DNA from: Lytechinus pictus
Lineage: Eukaryota
DNA length: 64,000 nucleotides
Direction of reading: 5' to 3'
Assembly: GCF_037042905.1 (NCBI RefSeq)
Contig: NC_087251.1
Span: forward strand, 1,054,001 to 1,118,000
The notes beneath the pieces were generated by a model. That model saw nothing but the letters and a program-made list of their open reading frames with translations, had not been told where the DNA came from and searched no databases. Position numbers and translations under genes: made by a program. Below are positions 1-13,316 of this stretch, piece by piece (position 1 is the first letter of the stretch; each line of letters begins with the position of its first letter).

Positions 1-46
1 TGAATGCTGATGCTAGGTTTAGATCTTGTTATTTCTGATTCTCGAT

Positions 47-203
47 ATGGCTCAAAACTACGGGAGTCAAATCATAGACATCGACGCTTTTGATATTTCG
101 ATGGATGTTGACGTCGGGAGAGGCAACCGGTATGGAAAGGCATCGCCGACAGCTGGGGCGTCCGGCCAACGCGGAGGTGGACATGTCCTCGGACATGATG
201 TTG
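47..203 (+). CDS. Candidate first coding exon (possibly of SLC30A6)
   Basis: ATG at 47, open frame MAQNYGSQIIDIDAFD...HVLGHDV, ends phase 1 at a consensus donor G|GTGAGT (204). CpG-rich context. Phase matches the SLC30A6 exon at 16159. No homology support. Confidence 0.4.
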
Positions 204-493
204 GTGAGTAGATTTACCGATACTGGCGATAGTGCATATATGCAGCTGCAGTGCAGTGCGGCGCAATGATAAGATCGTAGTCGTAGACGTAGTTTGTCTG
301 TTGCCGAAATGACTCTGAAACATCCTATACTTTTGAGGATTGATGATGAATGATGCAACAAATTAGGCTTACCTTTAGAATCCAATGTCATGAATCGATT
401 ACAAAAATCTCTAGATTTTAAAACGAGAAAACAACGGATACGACGTACCGGTACTCGTTAACTTTTTTAGAAATTACGTTTTTGAGATAAAAG

Positions 494-782
494 CGGATAC
501 ATGGATTCTAAGATACGTGGATACACATGGATACGAGGATACGTGGATACTGGGATACGTGGATACTACTACCGTCCTGATAAATGGATACATGGATACG
601 AAGATACGCGGATACGTGGATACTACTACCGTACTGATAACTGGATACATGGATACGAGGATACGTGGATACGCGGATACGTGGATACTACTACCGTACT
701 GATAACTGGATACATGGATACGAAGATACGCGGATACGTGGATACGAGGATACGGGCAGCTGGGATAATGTTTGTGGATACG
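494..782 (+). repeat. GGATAC-core minisatellite array (left)
   Basis: Repeated (g/t)ggatac(g/a) units plus a longer unit 'ggatactactaccgtactgataactggatacatggatacga' present 3 times. Confidence 0.95.
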
Positions 783-1120
783 GGGGAGGGGGTACAGGGG
801 AGTATCCAGCTTTCGCCAAAGGGGGGGGGGGGTGGAAGGAGGGAGAGTCGTGGGGGTATGTTATACAGGGGAGGATCCATGCACCTTTCGCGAAAAGGGG
901 GAAAAGAAGGGAGAATCAGAAAATATTTTCATCCACATTTCAGTCGGTCGATCTGTCGTTAACTAAAAGTAGAATTTTGTTGGTTTATATTAATATTCTT
1001 TTCTTGGTTTAACATGGCCCAGTGCAGTACGTGTCTCAGTCATCTTATTAAAAAAAAATCATTTTCAAGACAATACAGGCATATAGCTCATTTTTTTGTC
1101 CTTGTTTAAACACTTTTCCT

Positions 1121-2630
1121 TTTCCTTTACGTTTTTTTCTCCTTTCTTTTCTTCTTTTTTTTTAAATATATTTTTCTTTTCTCTTTTATATTCTTCCTTT
1201 CTTGTCCATTCTATTTTTGTTTCTTTTTTAATTAAAAGAAAAATTGTACAGGCCTACCTATTTTTTTTTAAATCAAATTCTTGTGATTTTCGCAGTAAAT
1301 TATAAGACAGAAAACTGGACTTTTGGTTCGTATAATTAAAATAATATATACATGTATATACCCTTCTTTTTAGAATTGTAGAGCAATATTTTTGCTGTTT
1401 TTTTCTCTATAAATCTAGAGATTATGATGAATATGACATGGATTCTGAATGTTTAGGAGGATAAATATGAAGCGATTCGTATAATATAGGCATAGCTCAT
1501 TTTCTGTCCTTGTTTGAACCCCGCGGGGGGGGGGGCACTTACATTGACGAGTGGATACCATGCGCGACCAAAAAAAAACACGTAAAAAGGATGTCTTTTT
1601 CACGATAGGGCACGTTATGTACGTAACGTGATAAGGGTGTCAAAAACACAAAAATAATGAAAAAAGGGTATCTATTTCGCTAGGAAAATTACGTGTTTAG
1701 GGTCGAATTCGCGGGGATGATAAAACAAAATTAAAATGTTTTATAAAGGATGTCCTTTTTGCCCCAACACTTCGTATTTAGAGTCACGATTTGCGCGAGG
1801 TGTAGAAGGTGGGGTCGTACTAAACCAAATAAGGTAAAGCCGACGACCGAAGGACCCGTAACAATAAAACATTCCTGTACTTGTTTTCCTTTACGTTGTT
1901 TTTCTCCTTTCTTTTCTTCTTTTTTTTTTAAATATATTTTTCTTTTCTCTTTTATATTCTTCCTTTCTTGTCCATTCTATTTTTGTTTCTTTTTTAATTA
2001 AAAAAAAAATTGTACAGGCCTACCTATTTTTTTTAAAATCAAATTCTTGTGATTTTCACAGTAAATTATAAGACAGAAAACTGGACTTTTGGTTCGTATA
2101 ATTAAAATAATATATACATGTATATACCCTTCTTTTTAGAATTGTAGAGCAATATTTTTGCTGTTTTTTCTCTATAAATCTAGAGATTATGATGAATATG
2201 ACATGGATTCTGAATGTTTAGGAGGATAAATATGAAGCGATTCGTATAATATAGGCATAGCTCATTTTCTGTCCTTGTTTGAACCCCGCGGGGGGGGGGG
2301 GCACTTACATTGACGAGTGGATACCATGCGCGACAAAAAAAAACACGTAAAAAGGATGTCTTTTTCACGATAGGGCACGTTATGTACGTAACGTGATAAG
2401 GGTGTCAAAAACACAAAAATAATGAAAAAAGGGTATCTATTTCGCTAGGAAAATTACGTGTTTAGGGTCGAATTCGCGGGGATGATAAAACAAAATTAAA
2501 ATGTTTTATAAAGGATGTCCTTTTTGCCCCAACACTTCGTATTTAGAGTCACGATTTGGTGTCGTACTAAACCAAATAAGGTAAAGCCGACGACCGAAGG
2601 ACCCGTAACAATAAAACATTCCTGTACTTG
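1121..2630. repeat. Near-identical tandem duplication, ~765-bp unit x2
   Basis: ~1121-1883 and ~1884-2630 are almost identical; copy 2 lacks ~19 bp (cgcgaggtgtagaaggtggg). Duplicated short ORFs in the ORF track reflect this. Confidence 0.93.
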
Positions 2631-2816
2631 TTTAGGGGTTCATTTCAGGGAACATTTGCCAAGAGTATCGTTTTGTTACCAATTCTTGCTAAGGGTAGGG
2701 TTTCACGCGCCAATACTTGTTAAGGGGCGCATTTTCAGAATATGGAAATTACGTGTTTAGGGTGCTTTTCGAGACCCCATGGTCGCGCATGGTATCCACT
2801 CGTGAATGGAAGTGGC
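2284..2816. mobile_element. MITE with poly-G terminal inverted repeats
   Basis: Left end cccgc(g)n-cacttacattgacgagtggataccatgcgcgac is inverted relative to ggtcgcgcatggtatccactcgtgaatggaagtg at ~2781-2815. A second left end sits at ~1520 through the tandem duplication. Confidence 0.7.
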
Positions 2817-5110
2817 TCGCGCTTCGCGCTCGCATTGCCTTTGTAATGATTCCCATTCAAGAGAATTAAATGACATTTCATATATCCAGTTCTGAAATCA
2901 ATTTGCACACAATGTTTTAGCTCGCACCTCAAGCTTTCATTATTTTGTTTGATTTACACAAATTGTTATATAAAAGTTTCCAGCTCGCGCTGCGCACTCG
3001 CATTGTTTGATTTGTGAGATACCTATCCTCTTTGGAAATTCTTTCCAAAATTTGTCAAAATGCTCCTTTATCATGTCAATATACAAAAAATTAAGCTCGT
3101 GCTTCGCGCTCACATTTAATTGTTCGAGACACACAGCTTGTTTTTTTTAAGGCGGTTTTCCACTAGGGCGCGGACAAGACCAGGAAGGGTTGCGGAAGCT
3201 ACTTTTGTCATTTCGGCATGCTGTCCGCAACCAAATTCCGTAAAAGATTATGCAAATGATCTTGTCCTAGGACACGACCAGGACTGTCTGCGTATTGTCG
3301 TAGGACATTCCTGGAACTGTCCAAGATTATCTAAATCAATTTGTCGGCGTTCGGCGCGGACAGCATGCAGATCGTATTAGGACAGAACCGCAGACATTTA
3401 GGACAACGTCACGAGTGATAAATTTAAGGACGAGGACAATAAGAATAATTTTCGGACAAATTGCGAATACTCCAAGAAAATTATCGTTCATATATTTTTT
3501 TTAAAATGAATTTAGGGGTGTTATTTGGGGTTTGGGGTGCGTTTTTTGTTAAAGAAACATTGATTTTCTTATTAAATCCGATTTAGGAGCAGGCGAGAAT
3601 GAAGTAATTCGTCATGAAAGTACGCTATTAAAAAAAAAAATCGACTACAAAGACGATGTAGGGTTTTCTCTTATTTCAAATCAAATTGCATACATTGGTG
3701 GAAATCCCTGGGGGACAGGGAGACGCTTCCCCTCACTTTTTGGAATTTGATATCAAATGCCCCCCCCCCCCACTTTTTGGAACGAGCAAACAAGAAAAAA
3801 TGGAAAGAGAGGAAAAAGAAGAGAAAAGAGAATAGAAAATGAAGAGGGAAAATAAGAGGAGTAAGACGAGTGAATAAAATAAGATGAGGGGGGGGGATTT
3901 CATGTCACTATTTTAAATTTTCGCTCGCTTTGTGCTCACATTGCCTAATCTATGATATACATAACTTGCTCAATAGGCTTATATTGAGCTTAAAATATCA
4001 AGTTTTGAAGTAAATATATGAAATATTTCTCGGACACTGAGTTTTCAATTTGTTTGATTTACAAATATATTTTATAGTTTTCTGTAAAATGACTATATTT
4101 TATGGTCTAAATATCGACATTTTCCGCTCGCGCTGCGCACTAGCATTATTTAATTCGTCAAGTAACTATTCTCTTCGTGTATTCCATATTTTTTTGAAAA
4201 ATATCCCTTTTTAGGCTTATCTGATTCTGAATAGTATCAGCTAAAGCTGCGCACTTGCATTTTCATTGGGGAGTAATGTATACCTATATCAATTTGTAAC
4301 AAATTATTTTAAATTCCTCTTTCTTGACAGTTTATCAAAATTTTCGGCTTGCAATTTGCGCTCGCATTATTTTTAAAGTATTCTTTAAAGTATATTAACC
4401 CATGCATCCTTTTCATGATTACAAAATATCCAGTTTTTTTACCTTGATATTAATTTCGCGACCTCATTGGGCTTATTAGATTAATAAGTAAGATAATAAT
4501 ATTTTCATTATTTCCTAATAATCATTGTCCGGTTTTTTTTTCAGAACGGAATATCGACAAGTTTCATCTCTCGACAAAAACAAAAATGTCCTTAAAATTT
4601 CCCGGTCGCAACTGGAAATATATGTATTGATAAAAATATCAACTTGCGCTTTGACTCGCATCATTTATTAAGCAGGATCCATATCCAATTCGTAATTGCG
4701 CTTAAATTAACTTTTTTTTTGGGATCGGAAAATCAAATATCTTTAGCTCGCGGATCGCGCTCTTATTATTGATATTATGATAAAGAATGTAATTAGAATG
4801 TCCAGATTCTAGGTTTGAATCTAAACACACGCACGCATATTTATTTAGATACGAATCTTGTTCCAGTTTCAGATCAGATTATCAAATTATTAATGTAGGA
4901 ATGTTATCCATTTATCCACTTATCCATCCTTTTCATGATTTACAAAACGTGAGATGTCGAATTTCGTTTCGGCTCGCGCTTCGCGATCACATCAAGTGTA
5001 TAGTCATACCCCTATCCTGTTCGTGATTTTAAAAGGTGCTTAGAATGCCCTGTATATAGCTGGGAATGTAAGAAATATTCAGCTCGCGCTTTGCGCTCAC
5101 ATTATTTGAT
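2815..5110 (+). repeat. Degenerate periodic repeat with core gctcgcgcttcgcgctcgcatt
   Basis: Core recurs near 2816, 2982, 3095, 3922, 4126, 4242, 4358, 4703, 4747, 4972 and 5082, separated by AT-rich spacers. Confidence 0.7.
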
Positions 5111-5592
5111 TGTTGAAATATGTAGGCTAAAAACAATTGTGTTTGTCGGTGTAATAGTATTCACTTTTTGAAAGCAGATTTTGTGCATTTTATACATGAC
5201 AATAAATTATCTCGGATCTAAGGTAACTTTAAAAAGACTGCATATGTTAATAGCAAAGTCGAGGCTCCCTTTATAACATTACTTTCTAATAGTTTTTTTC
5301 CACAAATTAATACATATATTACAAAAGAGGAAGAAAACGGGAAGTTAGGATGCAAATTGCATTCGACAGGCACATGCAGACCAAGGGGCGAGGTGGTCTT
5401 GCTTACCCCTTTAAAAAAAGTACAAACAGAAGAAATATAAGTAAAATGGAAAGGGAAACTTAAAAAATGATATGGTGGAAAAGAAAAACAAAGGGGGAAT
5501 GTCGTGCTAATACGGCCCTCCTCTCCCTGCTGCTGGCTTATCCCTCCCAGTATTAAAGAGATATACAAACAGCACAAAAGAAATAGGAATTA

Positions 5593-5680
5593 CAGGGGCC
5601 GCGGAACCGGGGGGGGGGGGGGGGGGCTGGGGGGCTTCAGCCCCCCCCCCCCCACTTTGAAAACCGTTCCGCGGCCCCTG
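5593..5680. mobile_element. 88-bp palindromic mini-MITE (hAT-like CAGGG ends)
   Basis: caggggccgcggaac ... gttccgcggcccctg inverted termini around G and C runs. No clear TSD. Confidence 0.65.
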
Positions 5681-6238
5681 GATAAACAAAGGAGATGAAT
5701 GAAATGAGGTGAAATAGAATCAAGTAGGAAAAAAAATCGCGATAATGAACAGACAATAATTGGCCAAGATTGTGAATGTGTAAGATTAGAAATATCAGTT
5801 TTAATTTTTGGACGAACTTGTGAATCCAGTGTCTAATCGCCTTTGCCTCCTCTTGTACCAATTAAAATATAGACTAAAAAAGAAAATGTAAATGGGCAAT
5901 TCCAGGAGGCCGAATGCGATCTCTACGCCCTATTGGCTGCGTAAAAAGGAAAAATGGAATAAATGCAAAGAAGAGTGGAAAAGAAGAAAAAGAGTGAAGA
6001 AATTTACAGACGGGAAGATATCAGTGTTTCAGCTAGGTCAATTTGTTAAAATTATTGGTTCATTTCGCTCTTCATGCTTTTAATACTTTAATTAAGAAGA
6101 TTGTGCACGCTATTCATTTTTACGAAAAATACTTAGGTCTTTTCGTCCTTGATGTTTGAAAGAAGTTCGCGCTCATATTTTATGTTTATGAGAAACATGT
6201 TCTGTGCACGACTTTTTCAGGAAGGCCTTTTTTTTTAA

Positions 6239-6600
6239 GAGTCGTGGCGTATAGTGGTTCTGACTCCCGCCTTGTAAACGGAGAGTCGTGTGTTCGATTC
6301 TCACCGCGGTCTATATACCGTCCTTTGGTAAGACGTATTGCCGGCACACCTTGCCACTCTCGACCCAGGTGCTAAATGGGTACCCGGTTGGATGCGAAAG
6401 TTATTGTATGCTTGAATTTGCAAGCGCCATTTCGAGGCTGCGATGAATGCAAGGAATGCTTCCCAAGATGTGGAAATTGTGCACTTTTCATGCGGGATTG
6501 AAATGAATCATGGGACAATAATATGCTGTAAATCGTTTTGAGCCGTTCTGAGAAAAGCGATATTTATAAACATGCTATCATTTATTATTATTTCTTATTA
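6239..6600 (+). mobile_element. tRNA-derived SINE with LINE2-like tail
   Basis: Pol III A-box-like tggcgtatagtgg and B-box-like gttcgattc, core cactctcgacccaggtgctaaatgggtacccgg, tail aaagcgatatttataaa followed by (tat)n. Confidence 0.8.
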
Positions 6601-8804
6601 ATAAAATATCATTCACGATCAAACAAAGTGCTTAAAATGCATTAGGAATATAAACTTGAATTTCTGTTTTTTCTTATATTCCTTTTTCACATTTTTTTCT
6701 CTTTTTTTATTTCATCTTTCTTTCCTCGTTTCATGCCGGTCTCACGTTCATGCCGGTCATTAACTTCAATAGATTGCGTAATCACTATTAAATCTTAATC
6801 CCTCCTTTCAAGAATTTGGGGTAATAATCTTACACGGTATCCCTATAGTCTCAAAGGCATTCACAGGTGGTTCTTTATCAATGAACTGAAGGAATTCTGA
6901 AGTGACATTTTTTAACATAATTAAATCGAATTACATGTGTTGTGCAAGCACGTCATATTTCAAAATTTCCAATTGTTGAAAATAAGCGTATCTTTAAATG
7001 TCATAACTTTCTTATTTTATATTCGATTTTGATAAATTTTCAGTATACTGCATTCGAGCAAGACGGTATCTAATTACCAGTTTATTAATAAGGTGATGTT
7101 GTAACTGTAGGTATGTCGTGTATGCATTTTTCGTTACAGCATAATCGTAGATGATAATAAATATTTAACGTAAATTACTAAAGAATTTTTAATGCATACA
7201 ACAAGACCCCCCCCCAAAAAAAAAAAAAGCAAGGAATGTCCGTTTTTAGGTCTAAATTTATGTACAAAACGTACTTAAAATATGAAGTTTCCGATCGCAA
7301 TAGGCCCTATAACATATTTTAAATCGCGCTTCGCACTCGAATCAGTAATATTGTTTAGTCAGATATAACATTCCTGTTCACCATTTCAAAAAACGCTAAG
7401 AAAGTCATGTCTTTTCATAAACCGGTCAACTTATTCAATTTTTAACTAGGTCTAAATTCATAAAATATTTATTTAAAAAAAAAAATCATTTTTGATAAAA
7501 ATTAAGATATAGAACGAATCATATAGGACTAATACTTATCCGTATTTATAATCAGAACGAGACATTCACATTACAACCCACCAATTAAAGTTTATGCAAT
7601 TTAATCCAATTTATGCTTAAAAAGAGATATTATATCATAGGCGTCATTGCATGCCGATGTTCTGTTACAATTGCAGTTCTCCATGCTCTCTTGATAGTCT
7701 TCTGGATGTATAAGTAGGAAGATAATTTTTGAAAAGAAGTAAATTATATGCCAATAATGCAATATATCATTCACAAAACTTTGTATTGCACTCCCTTACT
7801 TCATATTCCTATTTTTCTTCATTCTCCTCCTCCGTCTTCTCCTTTTATCCTATTTTCCCCCTTCTGTAATTCCTCTTCTATTTCTCTTCATCAAGTTCAC
7901 TCTTTCTATAATTTTTGAAAAGAAGTAAATTATATGCCAATAATTATAAATAGAACGAGTCATATGAGATAATTTATAATCAGAACGAGACATTCACATA
8001 ACAAGACATAGGAATGAAATTAATTTGTTTAAAAAAAGGATTGTGATATTGGCCCTATGATGTGTCTCGTTGCAATTACCAACAGGAGTGAGTGAAATTA
8101 ATTGTCGAATTGTAACCAATGTTTTGAAATTGATTGGTCATTTTAATATAACCAAAACGTATATCGTTCTTATTATCCCCTTACTTAACTATTTTGTTGT
8201 TCTCTGTTGCTCGTGTCTTATTACTTATCACTGAGTTGTACATGATTGTAATTGTTTTGCGAAATATAAGCGAAAAACTTCCAAATGTCATAACTTTCTT
8301 ATTTTACATACGTTTTTTGATGAAATTGGCTTGTTTCTTATTTCTCTATTGATTCAAATCAATAACTTTTTGGGAAGACTTGACCTTTAAGCTGCATATT
8401 CGTACATGTTATTATATTAGCCTTCTTTTATGTTGACTGAAAAATCTATAATAATCCAAATAGTTTATTTATATTTTGTTTACTGAAATCAACTTAATTA
8501 AATAAAATCAATCCTAAAAAGGATTAAGATTAATTGGTCAAATTGTAATCATATGGGCTTAGGGAATTGATATATGTCTCGTTATAATTATAAAGAGAGC
8601 AGCCAATTTTTAACGATTCACTGATGAAAGTAGCCTTTTCTATCTTTTCTCTCAAGAAAAATACAGATTAAAAGTGACGATGTCAATTATCTGAAAATAA
8701 GGTAATTAGGGTCTGTGATGCTTCGTTCTAAAAGTACACTTAGTATCATGCACTTCTTCATGTGTTTTCCATGTTCCAGAGTATCAAAAACTCCTTGATG
8801 TTCT

Positions 8805-9750
8805 TATCCAAGTATCTATGTATCTAAGTTTTCATGTAGGCATGTGCCCGTAGCCGCGTATCCAAGTATCCATGTAACCAAAGGTATCTAAGATCCCCGT
8901 ATCCACGTATCCGCGTATCCACGTATCCAAGTATCCAAGTCTCCAATAGTATCCAAGTATCCACGTATCCACGTATCCAAGTATCCAATTATCCAATAGT
9001 ATCAAAGTATCCACGTATCCGCGTATCCACGTATCCGCGTATCCACGTATCCAAGTATCCGCGTATCCAACAGTATCCAAGTATCCACGTATCCACGTAT
9101 CCGCGTATCCACGTATCCACGTATCCAAGTATCCAAGTATCCAAGTCTCCAATAGTATCCAAGTATCCACGTATCCACGTATCCGCGTATCCACGTATCC
9201 AAGTATCCAATTATCCAATAGTATCAAAGTATCCACGTATCCACGTATCCGCGTATCCGCGTATCCACGTATCCAAGTATCCGCGTATCCAACAGTATCC
9301 AAGTATCCACGTATCCGCGTATCCACGTATCCACGTATCCAAGTATCCAAGTATCCAAGTCTCCAATAGTATCCAAGTATCCACGTATCCAAGTATCCAA
9401 GTATCCAATAGTATCCGCGTATCCACGTATCCGCGTATCCACGTATCCACGTATCCAAGTATCCAAGTATCCAAGTATCCAATAGTATCCAAGTATCCAC
9501 GTATCCACGTATCCGCGTATCCACGTATCCAAGTATCCAAGTATCCAACAGTATCCAAGTATCCACGTATCCACGTATCCACGTATCCAAGTATCCAAGT
9601 ATCCAATAGTATCCAAGTATCCACGTATCCGCGTATCCACGTATCCAAGTATCCAAGTATCCAATAGTATCCAAGTATCCACGTATCCATGTATTCATAT
9701 CCATACATGTTTTAATATAATAGTATCCAAGTATTCTGTATCCATATATA
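8805..9750 (-). repeat. GTATCC(AC/GC/AA) 8-bp satellite array (right, inverted relative to 494-782)
   Basis: Tandem 8-mers gtatccac/gtatccgc/gtatccaa with 11-mer variants. The variant gtctccaata recurs at ~8939, 9146 and 9359 (higher-order period ~210 bp). Confidence 0.97.
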
Positions 9751-10568
9751 GATATCAACGTATATCATTCCTTAAACAACATCATCAACATAATTATATA
9801 CCATTGCACGTGTCCTCGATCACGCGCCCCCTCTTTGATCCCTTCATATATATCATCCCTTTTTAAGTCCTCTGATTATTATATCACCTGCCATTACTTC
9901 ACTCTCTCCTACTACATCCACCACATTGGACAAGTCGTGTACTCCCTCTACGGGGCCATCCCCCCTCCCCCATCTGCCCCCTCCCCCCATCCTTTATCCA
10001 TCTCCCGATCCGATTCCTGCTTGTCGCCGGGGACTCTTAATTCACTCACGAACGTAGAGGGCGACAAAACTGATATCGCACCACACCGGCAGCAGCAATT
10101 AGTAGGTAATTGCTCTTTTGTAATCGATTCATGACATTGGATTCTAAAGGTACTCCACAAATTATTATTTCCGATGATTTTTCCCCACTTTTTAATGATT
10201 TTTTTTTTTTTTCCTGTGTCGCTCGCTTTTTGCGCGTGACTCATCAAGAGCTTTTTGAATTTACGTGTGTCGCATGCGACGCGTGTTTTCTGCACTGGCG
10301 AGAACGGTGGCGGCGCTAATGCAGTTTCGCACCGGCGGACTTCAAGCAAATTTCTATGTCAACTTCCTTGTATCATGTGTAACTCATTATTAATATTATT
10401 ACGGTACATGAATGATGAAATAATATTATAAGGTTTATCGCTAATCAGAACCGCAATGCGTTATGGGATCAAAAAGGGAGCAATCAAGCTAACTCTGCGC
10501 ATAGCCAGGGCAGGAGGCTCCTAGAGAGTAAAAATCATTTACTAACGTATGCTTACTCTCAGTGGAGC

Positions 10569-12161
10569 CAGTGGCGTAACAGGCGGGGGGGGGGGCAGGG
10601 GGGCAAGCTGCCCCCCTGGCGGAGCTCACCGGGAAAATATAAAAAAAAGGGAAAAAGAAAAAAAAGGGGGGAAGAAAGGGAAAGGGAAAGGAAAGAAAAA
10701 AGGGGGAAGGGAAAGGAAAAGGGAAAAGAAAACTAAGAAAAAACATGAAAAAGGGAAAACGGAAAGATAACGGGAAAAGGAAGGAAAAAGAGCAAGTGAC
10801 AAAAAACAATTCGCCCCGATATACAAATACATTAGCATGATTAGTAAGACAGGGAAATAAATTAAAGATGACAAAAAGGCAAACAAAAGCGGGAAATAAA
10901 GGCAGAATGGAATTAGCCAAAATCTAAATTGGAAAATAAAGAATAGGGACAAGATAACGTACACTACCGGGCTGCCGAGGATTGAGATAACGAGCGGGAA
11001 GAAAAATGGATGGTATATAGCATAATGTCGTCTGAAAGTCTATCATAAACTTGCTAAATCTCCAAAGGCTCTGTCCAAGAGTCAAGACCCCGTGCAGTGG
11101 GGGCTCTTCATCTGTAACCTTCAATGGGTTCTATAACGGGCCCCTATATGGACCCTTCCTGCATTAAGCTTTACGGTGAAGCACTGGCGTACCGGGGGGT
11201 TGGTTCCACAGCCAAGGGGAAATAAAAGAAAATAAAGGAGGCAGCGAAATGAGATGAATGAAAAAAAATATATGACATGATATTTGCTATAATGATGTAA
11301 AAATCTATCACATAATTAGAATTTCATTTTAACAGGCCTTTTTTTTTCTGGCTCGCTTCGCTCGCTGGCGACTTTTTACAAATTTTCCCACATTTGCTAT
11401 GGTGTGCCCCTCACAATATTTGGATGATTACGATACACAACTGCATTGAATTTATGTGTTGTGTTAAAGCTATATAAATATACACGCAATTTGATTAAAA
11501 TAAGTGGCCATCTGTAAGGTTTAAAATGGCTTTGATATCAAGAGGTTCCGGGGCTCTGCCCTGGACCCCACCCATAAAGCACTGTTATATGGATGAGTTT
11601 GGACCATGGCCCCCAAAAGTTCTACAACCAAACAAACAAAATGAGGAAAGAAAGGAAAGTGTATTATATTTTTCTGAATATCACGTTAAAATCTATCTTC
11701 ATGTTAGATTCTCATGAAAAGGTGATTTTTTTATCTCGCTCGCTTCGCTCGCTCAGGACCTATATTAAGCCACTTCTTGCCAAAAGCGCCATACTCGGCC
11801 CCCTCAAGCATATAGAGCTTCGCCCTGATGCTAACAATCATAAGTTCATAACAAAAATCCTGTTCACCGTGGCGTACAAAAAAAGAGAGAAAAAGAGGAA
11901 AGAGAGGAGGGTGAATATGATATCATCTTTTTAACACTATGTCAAAATCTATCACAAAATTTGATTTTTTGCAATAAAGATGTCAAAAAAAATTTGCTCG
12001 CTCACTTCGCTCGCTCGCTTATATATATATATACATTTGCCCGATACGCCATATCGCCCCTTCAAAATTTTTGCCTTATGACGCCATTGCCTGTTCAATG
12101 ATATGACCGGGAAATTTTTGGCTCTTGCCCCCCCTGGCCACCGACCCCTGTTACGCCGCTG
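10569..12161. mobile_element. Non-autonomous hAT-like DNA transposon
   Basis: TIRs cagtggcgtaacagg / cctgttacgccgctg. Imperfect 8-bp TSD agtggagc / aacggagc. Purine-rich interior. Confidence 0.8.
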
Positions 12162-13316
12162 AACGGAGCCAGGAATTCCTTCCCATTCATCTCTGTGTAC
12201 CGCCAAAAAACTGAAAATTTCACCCCCGAGATTTCTACTTCAAAAAGATCTAGCCCTGGCTAAATCATGTAAATGGGATTCAACTTCATTTCAGACATTT
12301 CTACGCTATGGATTTCATTTGTAAACAAGAATTCATTAAAAAAACAAGAAAATGTTATTAAAAGACGGGGGAAACTTGCCACCGTGTTTACGTCGCCATC
12401 TTGATTTCATTGCCTTTCGCTTGCGATAAACCTTATGGCATGAATGGGAACCAGTCTGTATAGTCAGTATGGTACTGATAGTGGATCGTATTACTGAACA
12501 CTTTTCATGAATTCATAATCATCTAACACATTTTTCTCATGAAATTCACCAAACAGAAACTTTCACCATAAATACACAATCGGACCCCTCTTTGCATGTG
12601 AAATATTTTGGTCACTTGATTCTTGAAAAAGGTATCGTATTACCGAACATGTGTTTTCTATGGGAAAAGTTGAGAAATCAACAAAATCACTGATTGAGCT
12701 ATTTTGACCATATTTGATTATTTTTAGAATATTAAGACTTTGAAAATGTGTTTTGGACCGTTTTCATCATCTTTCTCTTCAAGTTCCCTTTTGAAGGATG
12801 TTGCAAAGTTTTGAGCGTATGATGAAATTATTTTCTGACGCGTACGATGCGCGCGTTCGGTAATACAAGGCCGGTTGGTAATACAATCACTTACAATACT
12901 AGGACGTAGCTAGCCAGGCCAGGAGGCTCCTAAGTATTCACTGACGTGCTTAATCTCCATGGAGCCAGGGATTCAGCTAAGACAGCATTCACCTTCCACA
13001 CGGTCATTTTTCCCATGGCCATGCCATGGATAGACTTGTCTCTAGCAACAAACTATCAAATCTTTACTTTTCTAGCCCTAACTTATGTAAATGGGCTACA
13101 AGTATATACCCCCTGTACCCCCTGCAAGCACTAACAGACAGCAAGTTGTGAAAAATAAACAGTGAACTGGGGGGAATTGAGGTCACTGAATCTATTTTTT
13201 GCACTCTCAATCCCCGTAATTGCCGTCTATATCCCGCAGGGGTAAGTGAAAAAAAAAACGTCCCCATAAACAAGGACAATCTCAGTTTATCAAGACATGA
13301 TTAATCTTGGTTTATG

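Larger units (their letters stand above)
372..10150. mobile_element. Large non-autonomous TIR (foldback-like) DNA element with TA flanks and subterminal satellite arrays
   Basis: 370-406 (tacctttagaatccaatgtcatgaatcgattacaaaa) is the exact reverse complement of 10116-10152, including the outer TA. GGATAC arrays in opposite orientation lie inside each end. No transposase ORF seen. Confidence 0.7.

Noticed and set aside
501..1012. ORFs with DTWIRGY repeats
   Set aside because: Translation of the GGATAC satellite; open in several frames with no splice or domain support.
6241..6312. tRNA gene
   Set aside because: Imperfect cloverleaf continuing into a SINE core and tail.
8832..9758. 308-aa repetitive ORF / CRISPR-like appearance
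   Set aside because: Pure 8-bp tandem satellite with no unique spacers and no cas genes; eukaryotic context.
10489..10964. Phe/Lys-rich ORFs
   Set aside because: Purine-rich low-complexity interior of a hAT-like element.
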